From Anolis carolinensis (lineage: Eukaryota), in contig NC_085844.1 in NCBI RefSeq assembly GCF_035594765.1, positions 31,201,923-31,265,922 of the forward strand: a stretch of DNA of 64,000 nucleotides, written 5' to 3'. The translations under genes and the position numbers were made by a program. Of this stretch, positions 23,780-36,696 are shown piece after piece (within the stretch, counting starts at the first letter, position 1; every line of letters starts with the position of its first letter). The notes beneath the pieces are model-generated. The model worked only from the letters and a program-made list of their open reading frames with translations. It ran no database searches and was not told where the DNA came from.

Positions 23780-24278
23780 TTTTTTTTCATGACAGCGACT
23801 TGAGAAACTGTAAGTCACTTCTGGTGTGAGAGAATCGGCTTGGGCTGTGGCGCAGGCTGGAGAGCAGCTGCAATCAATCACTGCAATGAATCACTCTGAC
23901 CAGGAGGTCATGAGTTCGAGGCCTGCTCGGAGCCTATGTTTGTTTGTCTTTGTTCTATGTTAAAAGGCATTGAATGTTTGCCTATATGTGTAATGTGATC
24001 CGCCCTGAGTCCCCTTTGGGGTGAGAAGGGCGGAATATAAATGCTGTAAATAATAAATAAATAAATAATAAATTGGCCATCTGCAAGGACTTTGCCCAGG
24101 GGATGCCCGGATGTTGATGTTTTACTATCCTTGCAGGAGGCTTCTCTCATGTCGCCGCATGGGGAGCTGAAGCTGACAGAGGGAGCTCACCCGCTTTCCT
24201 CAGATTCGAACTGCTGACCTGTCGGACAACAATCCTGCCAGCACAAGGGTTTAACCCATTGCACCACTGAAGGTTCTG
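23780..24278 (-). mobile_element. SINE family C interrupted by a plus-strand SINE2 (23838-24071)
   Basis: gcgacttgagaaactg...ggtgtgagagaat | SINE2 | aattggccatctgcaaggac. Confidence 0.8.
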
Positions 24279-24850
24279 GTTAATTAAAGTGATGTCCAAC
24301 TGCTGTAATTTTGAAGTGTGGCTGGCCTCTAAGTCTGAATCAACAGAGAAGTCGATTCCATCTATTCTTTAGCAGAGAACATGTCTGTTCCACATCACAA
24401 TGTAAGAAGGTCTCCGATATTTGAAGAAAATCTAAGACATTTGAAGGATATCAGAAGGCTTTTGAGTTGTTGTCCAACTCAAAAGATACTTTCAGTGAAG
24501 GGAGAGCCTCCTTGAAAAAAGGTGAGGTATAAATAAAGATGATGATGATTGTGGTGGTGATGGTGATAATCTGAAGAGGTCCTCAGGGCAATTAAAGTCA
24601 ACTGTACTCATAGAATAGAACACTAATTCTCTCTCCAGCAATTCACTTCTCATAGAACTTTGTGGGATCAAATTCTCCATACACATGGAAGTTTCAGTAG
24701 AAATCTTCCTGCCTTCAGTGAAGAATTCTCTATATGTTAATATATATGGAGAAGATGTATACCCATGAAGCAATTGTTTATAGTTCTAGCAAAGGAGTGG
24801 GAAAGGCTATTTCTTGTGGTCCTACAGTCCTCCTTCTGCATATTCTAGCA

Positions 24851-24953
24851 CAGTGGTTCCCAACCTTTGGGCCTCCAGGTATTTTGGACTTCAGCTCCCA
24901 CAGTTCCTAACAGTTGGTAAACTGGATGGAGGCCCAAAAGTTGGGAACCACTG
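24851..24953. mobile_element. Short palindromic hAT MITE
   Basis: cagtggttcccaac / gttgggaaccactg TIRs; perfect 8-bp TSD TTCTAGCA. Confidence 0.9.
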
Positions 24954-24968
24954 TTCTAGCAACACCAA

Positions 24969-25189
24969 GGGTACATTTACACTGTAGAATTAAAGAAGAT
25001 TGACACCACTTTCATTGCCCTGGCTCAATGCTATGGAATCCTTAGACTTGCAGTTTGGTGAGACACCAGCACCATTTGGCAGAGAAGGTTAAGGGCCTTT
25101 GAAAACTGTAACACCCACAATTGCATAGCATTGAGTCATGGTAGTTAATGCGGTGTTAAACTGCATTAATTCTACAGTGTAAATGCATC
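24969..25189. mobile_element. Harbinger-like MITE family A
   Basis: gggtacatttacactgtagaatt ... aattctacagtgtaaatgcatc. Confidence 0.8.
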
Positions 25190-26371
25190 TTGAGATGAGC
25201 TTGGGCACACTGCTCTGTATTTCAACTGTTCTTCAGAGGATTTGATTTGCCTTTTCATTCTGGTGTTTTTCTCTGCTCATAGTCCAACAGTTATGTATGT
25301 TAAGTCCTGTTTGAGCTGAACAAGAGGAAGAAGTATATTACTCTTTTTTAAAATCAAAATGAAAATATGTGATCTTTAAAATGCATCCATCCCCAACCAA
25401 TTTATTTGTTCTCATTTCTTATCGTTTTATATGTACTGCTTTTTCCTCAACGTAGCAATTTAAAAAGTGAAATATATCAGCTTTGATTATATTTCCATTA
25501 GAAAACTGGTTAAAGTGTGGCTGTAATTGCATCAAAGAAATTAAATAGACTCATGCTACCTTGGCTAACTAGATTTTTCATTACCTTTCGAAATAAGAAG
25601 GGGACACTTTAACCACTATACTGTCTTTGATTATCGCAAAGGGAGTTTACTGAAGGTAAAGCTAACCACTAGAGAGCTCTGCTGTTTTTGCCCTGAATGC
25701 AAATGAAACATATTGAGCACTGCAAGGAAAAAAATTAATAATAAAAATTGAATATCAAAGCTATAAAGTTCAGATTGCATTTGCTCCCCAGTGCATAGCA
25801 GTTCTACACTCTTTCAATGTTTAATGTCAGCTGGAGTTATTACTGTATACTTTGTTTTGAGAGAGAAAAGTTCTGCAGAGCTTCTCCGCTTTCAACAATA
25901 ATTGTCAGATAGACTTAGAGACTGGAATGTAAAAACAAAACAAAAAAAATGTAGAGAAAGTGCTATAATGAAAGCAGAGATAAAAAGCCCAGTCTTGATA
26001 GCAGATCACTAGTGGGAAAATGAAGCCTTTTGAATGTTGTTGGAATACAGATCCAAGCATTCCTTATCATTGGCTATGCTGGCTTCGGCTCATGAGTGTT
26101 ACACTAAACAATATCTAGAGCAGGGGCAGGTAACATGTGGACTGTAGGCCACATGCAATCATGTCCCCCCTCCCAAATCACACCAATTTTAGAGTCATTT
26201 TTCACCTGAAAAGTACCCCAATCAACCATATTCCCAGAGCCCCATCCCCCTTGGGGAAAAATAAAATAAAAATTGGCCCCAAATTGGCCAAGGTGCCTAG
26301 AAATGATACCAGTGTCACCATACTAAAACAGGCTGGTTCAGCCTGCTTGGGGATGCAGCCAGAAATGGCGT

Positions 26372-26850
26372 ATGGCCGTGGTGGCACAATGGGTTAAAAC
26401 GTTGAACTGTTGAATCTGCTGACCTAAAGGTTGGCAGTTCAAAGCTGCAGGTCAGGGTGAGCTCCCACTGTTAGCCCCAGCTCCAGCTCCTGCCAACCTA
26501 CTCAACAAATGTGAGTAGATCAATAGGTACTGCTTCAGTGGGAAGGTAATAAAGGCGCCCTTGCAGCCATGCAGCAAACATGACGAGGAGGTGTCTACGG
26601 ACAACAGGTTCCTCGGCTTGGAAATGGAACAAGAGCACCTCCCCATGGCCAGAGTTGAGCACTGCCTCCAGAAAGCCAGAGATGAAAGGGGAAGCTTTTA
26701 CCTTTGTTCTGTGTATTTGTATGTCATTGTTATTCCACTGTATTAAAGGCATTGAATGTTTGCCTATCTGTGTATGTTGTAATTCTCTCTGAGTCCCTTC
26801 AGGGAGATAAAGTGGAATATAAATAAAGTGTATTATTGTATTTATTATTA
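26372..26850 (+). mobile_element. Chimeric SINE: Sauria-SINE body + L2/SINE2 tail
   Basis: Sauria body (atgtgagtagatcaataggtac, ggaggtgtctacggacaac) then ggcattgaatgtttgcct...ctgagtcccttcagggagataaagtgg...(TTA)n. Confidence 0.8.
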
Positions 26851-27258
26851 TCTCTATCCCAGTAAAAAGGGCTTTGTTTTGCCCAACCTTGCAGTATACC
26901 TACAGACTGCAAGAAGGGCTATGAATAAGTCTTCTCAGATCAGCATATATGGTGTATATGGTACTGTATATACTCAAGTGTGTCAGGATTTGGAAATTGC
27001 CTGACATTTTCTAAGTGATAGCAGAGTTAATACATCTGGCCTAACCACCTGTAAAAGAGTTAAGGCACTGTAATTAGGGTGTAGTGGTTAATCCAATGGG
27101 AGTAGCATATTTGTTGTTTGTTATACTGAATAAATTTGATGAGGGTTGATGAGAGTTGTTGAGAGACAGATGGTGGTTTGGAGAATGTTTTGAAGAATTG
27201 CTGCTGTGAGTAGTGAGGAAGAAGAAAGAAAAGCCTTCCTGCTTATTTGGGAAAGAAC

Positions 27259-27872
27259 AAAAAAGCAGTGTTGTAGAGTCAAGTGGGTTAGTGCTTCATT
27301 TAGGTTCTCCCAAAATGAACTAACAACCTTGTCACATGACTGCCAGGGGTATGGGGAACCCAGCCCCCATACCCCACTTTGCCTGGCTCCAGCTGACGGC
27401 AATCCCACGGGGGAAAGCATGGAGTGCACGGCTTCTCCCCATGGATTCCAATGGTAACATGGGAAGCTCCCGTGGTGCACTGGCTCCACCCTCCTTCACC
27501 CAGCGAGACTTGCCATGCATCATTTGATGGGAGCCAGCGGGCGCAGTGTGTGACTTGGGCTAAACTGGCACATGCTATTGATTTTAGCCCCGTGTGAAGA
27601 GGTCCTAAGTGTTTTGTTGTTCAAGTAGAAGACCACTACAACTGTGATTTGGATACCTGGTTCCTTAACTAATAGAGTCACTTCCACAAGAACAGAAGTT
27701 TTATGATTGCATAGAACCCCTGACATCATATAAGTCTAGAAATAGTAGTCAAAAATTACCCCCCCCCCCCCCCAATACCTTAGCGCTTATTGAAAAAGAG
27801 AAGTGCTTAGTCCAATTTGGGAGAACCTAAATGAAGCACTGACCCCCTCGACTCTCTCCAACACTGCTTTTT
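27259..27872. mobile_element. Putative MITE with ~70-bp inverted ends containing a nested Harbinger-like palindrome (27327-27605)
   Basis: aaaaagcagtgttg...gtgcttcatttaggttctcccaaa (27259-27325) is inverted at 27806-27872. Confidence 0.55.
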
Positions 27873-27954
27873 AAAAAATGCCTGGCCAGGAATCCTGGAA
27901 TATGTAGCTTGCTGAGGCAACAGAGACTTCTGGCTGAAAACCGTAAATATGCTT

Positions 27955-28217
27955 CCAGGTTCAAACCCTAGGAGCAGCCGCTGTTAGCTCCAGCTTCTGC
28001 CAACCTAGCAGTTTGAAAACATGCAAATGTGAGTAGATCAATAGGTACCGCTCCGGCGGGAAGGTAACATCACTCCATGCAGTCATGCCGGCCACATGAC
28101 CTTGGAGGTGTCTACGGACAACGCTAGCTCTTCGGCTTAGAAATGGAGATGAGCACCAACCCCCAGAGTCAGACATTACTGGACTTAACATCAGGGGAAA
28201 CCTTTACCTTTACCTTT
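27955..28217 (+). mobile_element. Sauria SINE, 5'-truncated
   Basis: Body and (ACCTTT)n tail. Confidence 0.9.
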
Positions 28218-30070
28218 TAAACTTCAGAAGCTGTGAATCCATAGAATGGTGTCACTGGAGTTAAAGTGGAATTGTAGTCCTGTAAATAATACATGTGCCA
28301 TAAACAAATGTGACTATTCTACATCTCAACTGTGTGTTGGAGGCGGTGGTACATTTGCTACTCTACCTCAGTCGGCAAAATATCCAAAACTGGCCCTGTC
28401 TACCATAAATCCAGAGTCTACCTTAGGACATTAGAAATATACAGTAGATAACATAAGAAATTACTGTCTTTAAACTCTTTTGAAAAGTGTGAAGCCTTGT
28501 CTGGGCAGGAACACAGATCTTGGTAAAGTTGATTTTGGGACTGTTATTATTATTAATAATATTAAATTTATTTATCCCCCGACTTCCCCCCCCAAATTTG
28601 GACATATCCTAGCTGTGGGATCCTGGGAGGTGTAGTTCCCCAAAATCAATATTCCAAGTTGTGTATGAACATATATTTTAATATGAGAAATCCATACATG
28701 GAACTAATTCTCATACTAGTGAAGGATAGGCCAAATCTTGAGAAATATTTATCAGCAGTCAGCACACACACAATCTGCCTATTTCCTTAAACTCTGGCTT
28801 TTGACGCATAGCTTGTCTAATTTCTTGTACCCTGGGAGATCTGCTTATCACAGATGCGTAGAGACGCTGGGACTCTGGACTTAACAAGCTACATGTGAAG
28901 TGACTGTATCATTGCAAATGGCTTTTAAACACCAGAAAGAGCACTGGTCAGTGAGTGGCGATTACTATGATGTGTCGTGAAGCTGTTTTTCTGTGGAGAA
29001 GAGAATAACCATACCCAAACCCTTTGAAGCATTTCCAGCCAACTCCTTGGAGAGGTAAACATATTTTCTGAGGCATGATTCTGGGTTAAAGAACGATGTC
29101 CCACACTTGTTTACAAAGCAGCACAACAGCTGTTGAGAGCCATCAGCCCCCCTTCGGACAGACAAGATGCATTTGGATCCCTCGCACTAAGCCATGCAGC
29201 AATCGTGCCATTTCTCAGCAGAGATTCGCCTAGTGGCAGCCCTGAAAGCATCGCCGGTCTGAGGAATAGCTAATGACATTAGGCACATTTTTTTTGGTTC
29301 TGCTTCTTTTGTTTCCAAAACATCATCACTATTAATCACAGTACAGAGGACTTCCCGGAGCACAAAGTGGTTTATTATCGTGTGCCCAGCGTCTGTGTTA
29401 TTGGAGTGCCATGGGGGCCACTTCCACCTGGCTGGGTCTAAAGCAATTGTATGTGGAGAAGGGAGAGTGAGAAAATTTTTGGAGAAAGTACCACTTCTCT
29501 GTGAGTCAACTGCAAATTTCTTTTCAACACCTCTGAGTCTGTTTGCATAGTTTTTCCAGGTATTATTAAACTGTCCTTAGATTTATTATTCCAACATATA
29601 TACATAAAATACCTCCATATCCTCACTAAAGAAGTATAAAGAAATTTCCAACTTTTCTGCTATGGCGTACTTTGCAAACAGAGCTCCAATGATGCTGGGA
29701 CAGAGCTTGAAAAAATTATTCTTTTTGGATTGCAACTGACAGATTTTGGAAAGTGTAGTGAGGGTTAAGGTGCAAAACTCATTGTTGTGTTTAGGGATAT
29801 TATAATGGCCTTGCTATTTAGGGTTTTTTTAAATGAAAATTATGGCCCTCAAATGTAATTTTTACAACATTTTGCCCATAATAGTCCTTAAAAGGACCAA
29901 TTTAAATCATATTTTTTTCGTGAGGTACTTAAGCACTATTATCCAGGATAAATTGTCTACAGAAAGACTGGGGCCTTTAGAACAAAAATGGAGGAAAACC
30001 ATTTTTGCAGTGTGTTCCTACAGATCTTATTTGGTTCATTGTGGCTTATTCCATGGGATTCATGTATAGT

Positions 30071-30381
30071 GGATCCCCGTTGGCGAAGTGTTAAAGCACT
30101 GAGCTGCTGAACTTGCAGACCGAAAGGTCCCAGGTTCAAACCCCGGGAGCAGTGTCAGCGGCCGCTGTTAGTTGCAGCTCCTGCCAACCTAGCAGTTCGA
30201 AAACATGCCAATGTGAGTAGATCCGGCTGGAAGGTAACGGCACTCCATGCAGTCATGCCGGCCACATGACCTTGGAGGTGTCTACGGACAACGCTGGCTG
30301 TTCGGCTTAAAAATGGAGATGAGCACCAACCCCCAGAGTCAGACATGACTGGACTTAACGTCAGGAGAAACCCTTACTTTT
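30071..30381 (+). mobile_element. Sauria SINE
   Basis: Full head and body; 12-bp TSD TTCATGTATAGT (30059-30070, 30382-30393). Confidence 0.93.
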
Positions 30382-32644
30382 TTCATGTATAGTATTCTGG
30401 CCTCAAGGTGGAACCGCTCTGAAAGCTCCCAAAGCTACATTTCTTACATACTTAACTGGAAATGTTTTGAAGCTAATTGACGTTATTTCTAAATAGAAGA
30501 CACGTCTATTCCATGTCTTCCAGACCTATATCCAAGGCTCTTCTATGGTACCTCACTTTGAGAAACAGCTATTTTATTTGATCTCAGACCATGGAATGAA
30601 CACATGCGAACAGAGGTTTGATACATGTATGAGTAAATACAACGAAGAACCTCTGAGTGGCATAAAGCCCGAATCAATATTGGCTTATAGGAGCATAAGA
30701 CACTCCTATGAGCATCTCCTTTAATTTCCAATTAAAAATGTGATTAACATATATGACAAGAGACATACATATGGATCAAGTCCTTCCACTGAATTGAATG
30801 GGGCTCATGCCTGCAAAGAATCCGTGCGCCCATGTCAATGTACATGGATTACTAGAACAGAACAGTTTTTCACTGGAATATTGCACATGCAGTCAAATAT
30901 TCTGTTTTCTTCTTTGATGTAGTTAATTTGATATCTATTTTACAATATATTTAATTTACGTGCCTCCTTTCTAACACCAAAAAGAATTCATTTTAACATT
31001 TATTCAAAAGTTCAAGCTAAGCAGGGCTTGTTGGTGGTGCTTAGTTTCCTGTTTATTCCAGCAGAACGTTTGGAAGATTTCCATTCAGCCATAGCAAGAG
31101 ACAGTGTTCTTTCAACATCGTTCTCTCTCCAAGGGATTAGCTGGAAATGCTTCAAAGAATTTTGTTTTTTCTCCAAAAAGCTGCATCACAATCTGATGAG
31201 GTAATTGCTGGCTTCTTAGGACAATATTTTGGAGATGTTTGGTGAGCGTAAATCGATATGTGTGTATGTTTGAACCCCTTTCAGGAGAAAAAAAATGATA
31301 CATGAAATGAATTATGTTGTGGAGTAGCATTATTACCATATGATCAACTTTAACAGGCAGATCAAAATACATTATTCTAGAAAGCATTGTGTAGAATCAT
31401 GTACCTATCATAAGAATCGGTCAGTTAATGATTTGTGAACATAAAAGTGAAAGCAGTATTCATGGAATTAGTCAGATGGAATAACAGGAACTGAAGCAGG
31501 CTGAAACTTGTCTTATTATTTTGATTTTGATTTGGCAGCAATACTCCCTTGCTAACATTTCTAGTGTGCTGGGGAAAAAAATTGAAATCTAAAGTACAGT
31601 TGGGAAACCTGTGTCACACAAGATATTGCTAAAATATCATTCCCATAATTGTCCATTACTGGCCATATTGGTAGGAGTTGGTGGAAGCTGGAGTCTAAAT
31701 ACATTCAGTGGGCCATAGGTATCCCAGGTTCAATTTGGAAGGACCTATGCATGGACATTCAATGATTTCATGGATCCTAAACTGAATGACCTGGCATAGA
31801 GTTTGGGCGGAAGCAACAACACAAGTAAATTTGGTTTTGAAAAGTTCCTTGATAGTCAGGGATGTGCATAACTGCAGAAATCTAAGGAATGCAAAATGCT
31901 TCCTATCTTCTTTGCTGAAATGAGATACAAATGATGCCTCTTCCTTCTTCAGACTTTTCCGTGTGACAATGTTTCTCTTCTAAGAAAAGCAAATTCAAAC
32001 AATTGTAGTAATAAATTTTCTTCAGTGAGAGCAGATTCTGCTGTTGAAGATTGTCTCTCAATCAAAGAGGTTGACAGCAAAACCCTTGGAGTCTACAAAT
32101 AAAACGTGGCCAATTCTTCATGGCTACAATATTACTCCTTTACCTTTTCTCCTTATCAGCAAGTGGCTGTTGTTGCTAAAATTATTTCTTACCCATTCTG
32201 CCCAACAGCCTAGCATCACATCTTGATATTTGCTCATGCTTATTTATACCCATTTACAACACTTGACATGATGAGCTTTTGGGAGCTATGCTATGGAACG
32301 TTCCTTCTTAGCAGATGGATAGATCAACTGACCAATCAATCAATCAATGAGGGAAAGGAGATATTGGGGAGAGGGTCCTAGCTTGTTCTGCCAGAGCTTG
32401 AAAATGTCTTCTTTTTCAGATTATCCCAGATAACATAGGTTCTAAGCATTAGACTGCCTAGCAATTTATTGGATTTTTAGTACAAAATTTAGTTTAAAGG
32501 TTCATTGTTATCCATGGCTTCCTGTCTTGAGCATATCTACTATAGGATGGGGGTTGGCTTGTACTTGAGGATCCAATAAGCAGAAGTAGACTTTATCCCA
32601 AAAACACAAAGAGAAAAACAGAGTGTATCCTATTGAAAACAATA

Positions 32645-33233
32645 TAGAATCATAGAGCTGGAAGAGACCTCATGGGCCATCCAGTCCAACCCTCTGCCAA
32701 GAAGCAGGAAAACCGCATTCAAAGCACCCCCAACAGATGGCCATCCAGCCTCTGTTTAAAAGCCTCCAAAGAAGGAGCCTCCACCACACTCTGAGGCAGA
32801 GAGTTCCACTGCTGAACAGCTCTCACAGTTAGGAAGTTCTTCCTCATGTTCAGGTGGAATATCCTTTCCTGAAGTTTGAAGCTATTGTTCTGCACCCTAG
32901 TCTCCAGGGCAGCAGAAAACAAACTTGCTCCTCCCTCTCTATGACTTTCCCTCATATCTTTATACATGGCCCTCATCGTGTCTCCTCTCAGCCTTCTCTT
33001 TTGCAGGATAAACATGCCCAGCTCTGTAAGCCACTCCTCATAGGGCAGTGGTTGTCAATCTGTGGGTCCCTTGTTGTTTTGGCCTACAACTCCCAGAAAT
33101 CCCAGCCAGTTTACCAGCTGTTAGGAGTTCTGGGAGTTGAAGATCAAAACATCTGGGGACCCACAGGCCCTCCAGACCCTTGATCATTTTAGTCACCCTC
33201 CTCTGGACACATTCCAGCTTGTCAACATCTCTC
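32645..33233 (-). mobile_element. CR1 3' end with a SPIN-like MITE (33047-33166) inside
   Basis: Reverse translation DVDKLECVQRRVTKMIKGLE / NFLTVRAVQQWNSLP; agaatcataga tail. Confidence 0.9.
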
Positions 33234-34180
33234 ATGGAGCTGCGTTGCTCTGAAGGACCTAGACAATTCCTAAAGTGTTTCTTTCACAATTCCCCCAAAA
33301 GTACTGATATTTTGTTTATGGCAACCTAAGCCACCAACAGCAATCCATCTTAAGAGAAAGAGTGAACTAACAAGATTATCTGGCTAAATCCTGGATGCTG
33401 GGAGGTTTGAGAGAAAGCGATTTCAGATAAGCCTAGTGTTTCAGGCTTCAGTGGTTTCAGCTTAAGAGGAATTTTGCCAATGATTTCAGCAGTATTTTAG
33501 CAAGAACCTCCACACCAGGAGGTAAAGATCTTCTTCCCAGAAATCAAAACTCTTTGTCAAAGATGGAACTGACAAGCACACCCCATCTCAGAACAACTTT
33601 AGCTTTGTACTTCTGGACCTTTTATGTAGTTTGAAGATGGAAAATCCACCTTCAGTTCAGGCAGCTCCTCTAAGACAAAGTTGGATGTGCGATAGGCTTT
33701 CCAGACAGACATTATCCAATGTTTGGGTTAAGAAATAGCTTGTATAGTCTGAAGTAATCACTCTGCATGAGCACAACTTGATAGAGCACTTGATTTCTCA
33801 ATTACCTATTTATGGTGATCTTCATGTTTGGAAAGGCTACTGTCTATACACAGGATGTTCTGCTGTATATAAATTTTCTGAGATTATTCAACTTTGAATA
33901 GTTCCTGTAATTTTGAATTTATATTTCTGGCAGTTTCTCTGGATATTAATAGGAGGACCAGAGGTATGTTTCCTTTCAGCTTCTGGTTTAAACCCCCATT
34001 GTCCTTAACCTGTTGAGCTTCTAGTTTATTCAGCAATGTTATGTGTGATATGTATCTACTACCCATACAAGTCTTAATAAGGATATTGTATAGATGGAGA
34101 CAACTTGAGAACAAGTCATATGGTTAAAGTGGTATCAAACTGCTATAACTCTCCACTGTAGATGTACTCATAGGATATTG

Positions 34181-34634
34181 TGTTGTCGAAGGTTTTCATG
34201 ACCGGGATCACAGGGTTGTTGTATGTTTTCCGGGCTTTTTTTTTTTTCCGTGTCAGGAGCAACCGGAGTTGCTTCTGGAGTGAGAGAATTGGCCGTCTGC
34301 AAGGACGTTGCTCAGGGGATGCCCAGATGTTTTTGATATTTTACCATCCTTGTGGGAGGCTTCTCTCATGTCCCCACATGGAGCTGGAGCTGAAAGAGGG
34401 AGCTCATCCGTGCTCTCCCCGGGTGGGATTCGAACCTGGCAGGTTTCAGGTCAGCAACCCAACCTTCGAGTCACAAGGCTTTTATCCCCTTGGCCACTGG
34501 AGGCTCTGTTTTCCAGGCTGTATGGCCATGTTCTAGAAGTATTCTCTCCTGACGTTTCGCCCACATCTATGGCAGGCATCCTCAGAGGATACTTCTAGAA
34601 CATGGCCATACAGCCCGGAAAACATACAACAACC
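34181..34634. mobile_element. Penelope end with inverted pseudo-LTR piece, interrupted by SINE family C (34237-34506)
   Basis: 14-bp TSD CTCATAGGATATTG (34167-34180, 34635-34648); nested SINE has TSD tgttttcc(g/a)ggct. Confidence 0.88.
34548..34588 (-). ncRNA. Minimal type I hammerhead ribozyme motif of a Penelope pseudo-LTR
   Basis: Minus strand: CCU-CUGAGGA-U-GCCUGC-CAUAGAU-GUGGGC-GAAAC-GUC/AGG; core, stem I and stem II present, with palindromic ACGU stem III. Confidence 0.7.
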
Positions 34635-35524
34635 CTCATAGGATATTGCTGTAGGTCATCGATTTGATCCCAGTGCTTAATACAGAACATCCATGGCTAG
34701 AGTGCTGTTGAGAAATGACTGTACAGCCACTGATTCAAGACTACCTGTGATGGAGACATTAACTTCTGCCTAGTTCCCCTAATAATAGCTTGCATTGCTA
34801 TGCTACTCTTACCTTCAAATTCTCCTAGTTTTCCGTGCAATTCTCCCCTTCTGTAACTACCCTTTAGCTCTAGTTTGGCCTTCTGGAGCACCAGAAAACA
34901 TAACTTTGCTTTCTTCCATTTAAAGGCAGACCTTTACCTTAGGCTATTCATTTTTTTTCAAGCTAAAATTGTTGAATTTTGTTTGTTTGGGTCAATTTCT
35001 GTGCTACAGAGAAGGGCTTCTGTTTCTTCCCAACACTCAATGATACTCCCGATATACCATTTTGTCATGCATTACTTACAGACAACCTGTCCCACACCAC
35101 CGCAGAAATGTTCCCGGCAGGCATCTGGAGTGTTTAGGAACATTAATCTTCTCCATGGTGTCAAGAGAGGGACCATAAATGATTTATTGCAAGTACCTGT
35201 AAAGTGGAGCTCAGGTGAGGCAGCCTAGTTGTAGTTAAGGGGACGGATACTATCTCAGAACAACCAGGGAGTGCAAAATATATTGGATTCCTTTGGTGTA
35301 CTTGCCTTCTTATACAGCCTCAGACACTATTCAATTAAACAGAGGAGGAGCAGTGTATTGTAAGAGACTGTGAATTACTGATATTGTCAAATAAAGGCTT
35401 GAGCACTCATATTTATCCAAATGGCTGTCATAAATTCAGAAGCCAAGTCTAAAAATAAAATCTTCCTTTGTTTTTTTTGGTGACAACACATTACTTTTGA
35501 AATCCTGTACAGGGTAACTGTTAG

Positions 35525-35705
35525 ACTAGAGTTTGAATCACTGCTCGGCCATGTAAACCTATTGGGTGATTTTGAGCAAGTCACACTCTTTCAGCCTCAG
35601 AGGAAGGCAAAGGCAAATCTCCTCTGAACAAACTTGCCAAGAAAATTCTGTGATAGATTTGCCTTAGAGTTCCCATAAGGTGGAAATCACTTGCAGGCAG
35701 CAACT
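35525..35705 (+). mobile_element. tRNA-derived SINE (MIR/core-like)
   Basis: Homologous to 6226-6692. Confidence 0.7.
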
Positions 35706-36371
35706 AGATTTTCCAAACTTAGTTCCTATTTTTCAGCTCTAACTCCCATGATCCCATCTTGATTATTGGCCTTCCTGGCTGGGGTAGATACATGTAGTCA
35801 TCCAAAGTATCTGGGTGAATTTGGGTTGAGGAAGACAGTTGCAGAAAGACAAATTTGGTTGGTACTAAAGGACAGGAGCAATAAAGGCTATATACTTTGT
35901 CTACTAGATAACAGGGGTTAAGAATATATCTGTTGACCATTTGATGACAGGAGCCATGTGTAAAGGCAAGTGTGTACATATATGGGCATACATGTGCATG
36001 TACATACACACATGAATAAACTGTCAAGAGTCCTGTTCAGTCTTACAAATTCAAGACAACTGTAGCTTTCTTGACTGGATCATTCCATCTTCCTCTTTTC
36101 TGTTCCTTCTCTTTACTTAACATTGTATACATTAGAACCCGAAAATTGGGAAGCAAGGCAACTTACAGCATATTAAAATATATAATTCTCCACTATAAAT
36201 TATAACAAGAAAATTATTAAATAATTTAAAATAAAACGGGTCAAATAAAGTGGTGTCAAGTCACATTAATTCTACAATGTAGAATTTGTGGGCATGCAGT
36301 GCACATTCTTACGTTATTTCTGTTTCTTCAAAGAAAATGTAAACATTTTTGACTTTATTTTAAAAGAGGAA

Positions 36372-36696
36372 GGAAAAGGGGGAATTCCAGACAAGAAACA
36401 ATCAGGGTCAGCTACTCACCAGCCAACAAAGGATTCCCCCAGACATGAAGCACCCAGGCTTTGAAGCTGAAAGGTCATTCAATGCTAATCAAGGTGGCCA
36501 ATTGCAACATTCACACTTGCCTTCAACAGACAAAAGTTCTTTCTCCCACCCTTGACATCATTCCACAGATATATAAACCCTACTTGCCAACGGACCTCAC
36601 AACATCTGAGGATGCCTGCCATAGATGTGTGTGAAACGTCAGGAGAGAATGCTCTTGAAACATGGCCATGCAACCCGGAAAACTCACAGCAACCCA
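36372..36696 (+). mobile_element. Penelope 3' UTR/pseudo-LTR fragment with hammerhead motif (36603-36643)
   Basis: Homologous to 15450-15765. Confidence 0.85.
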
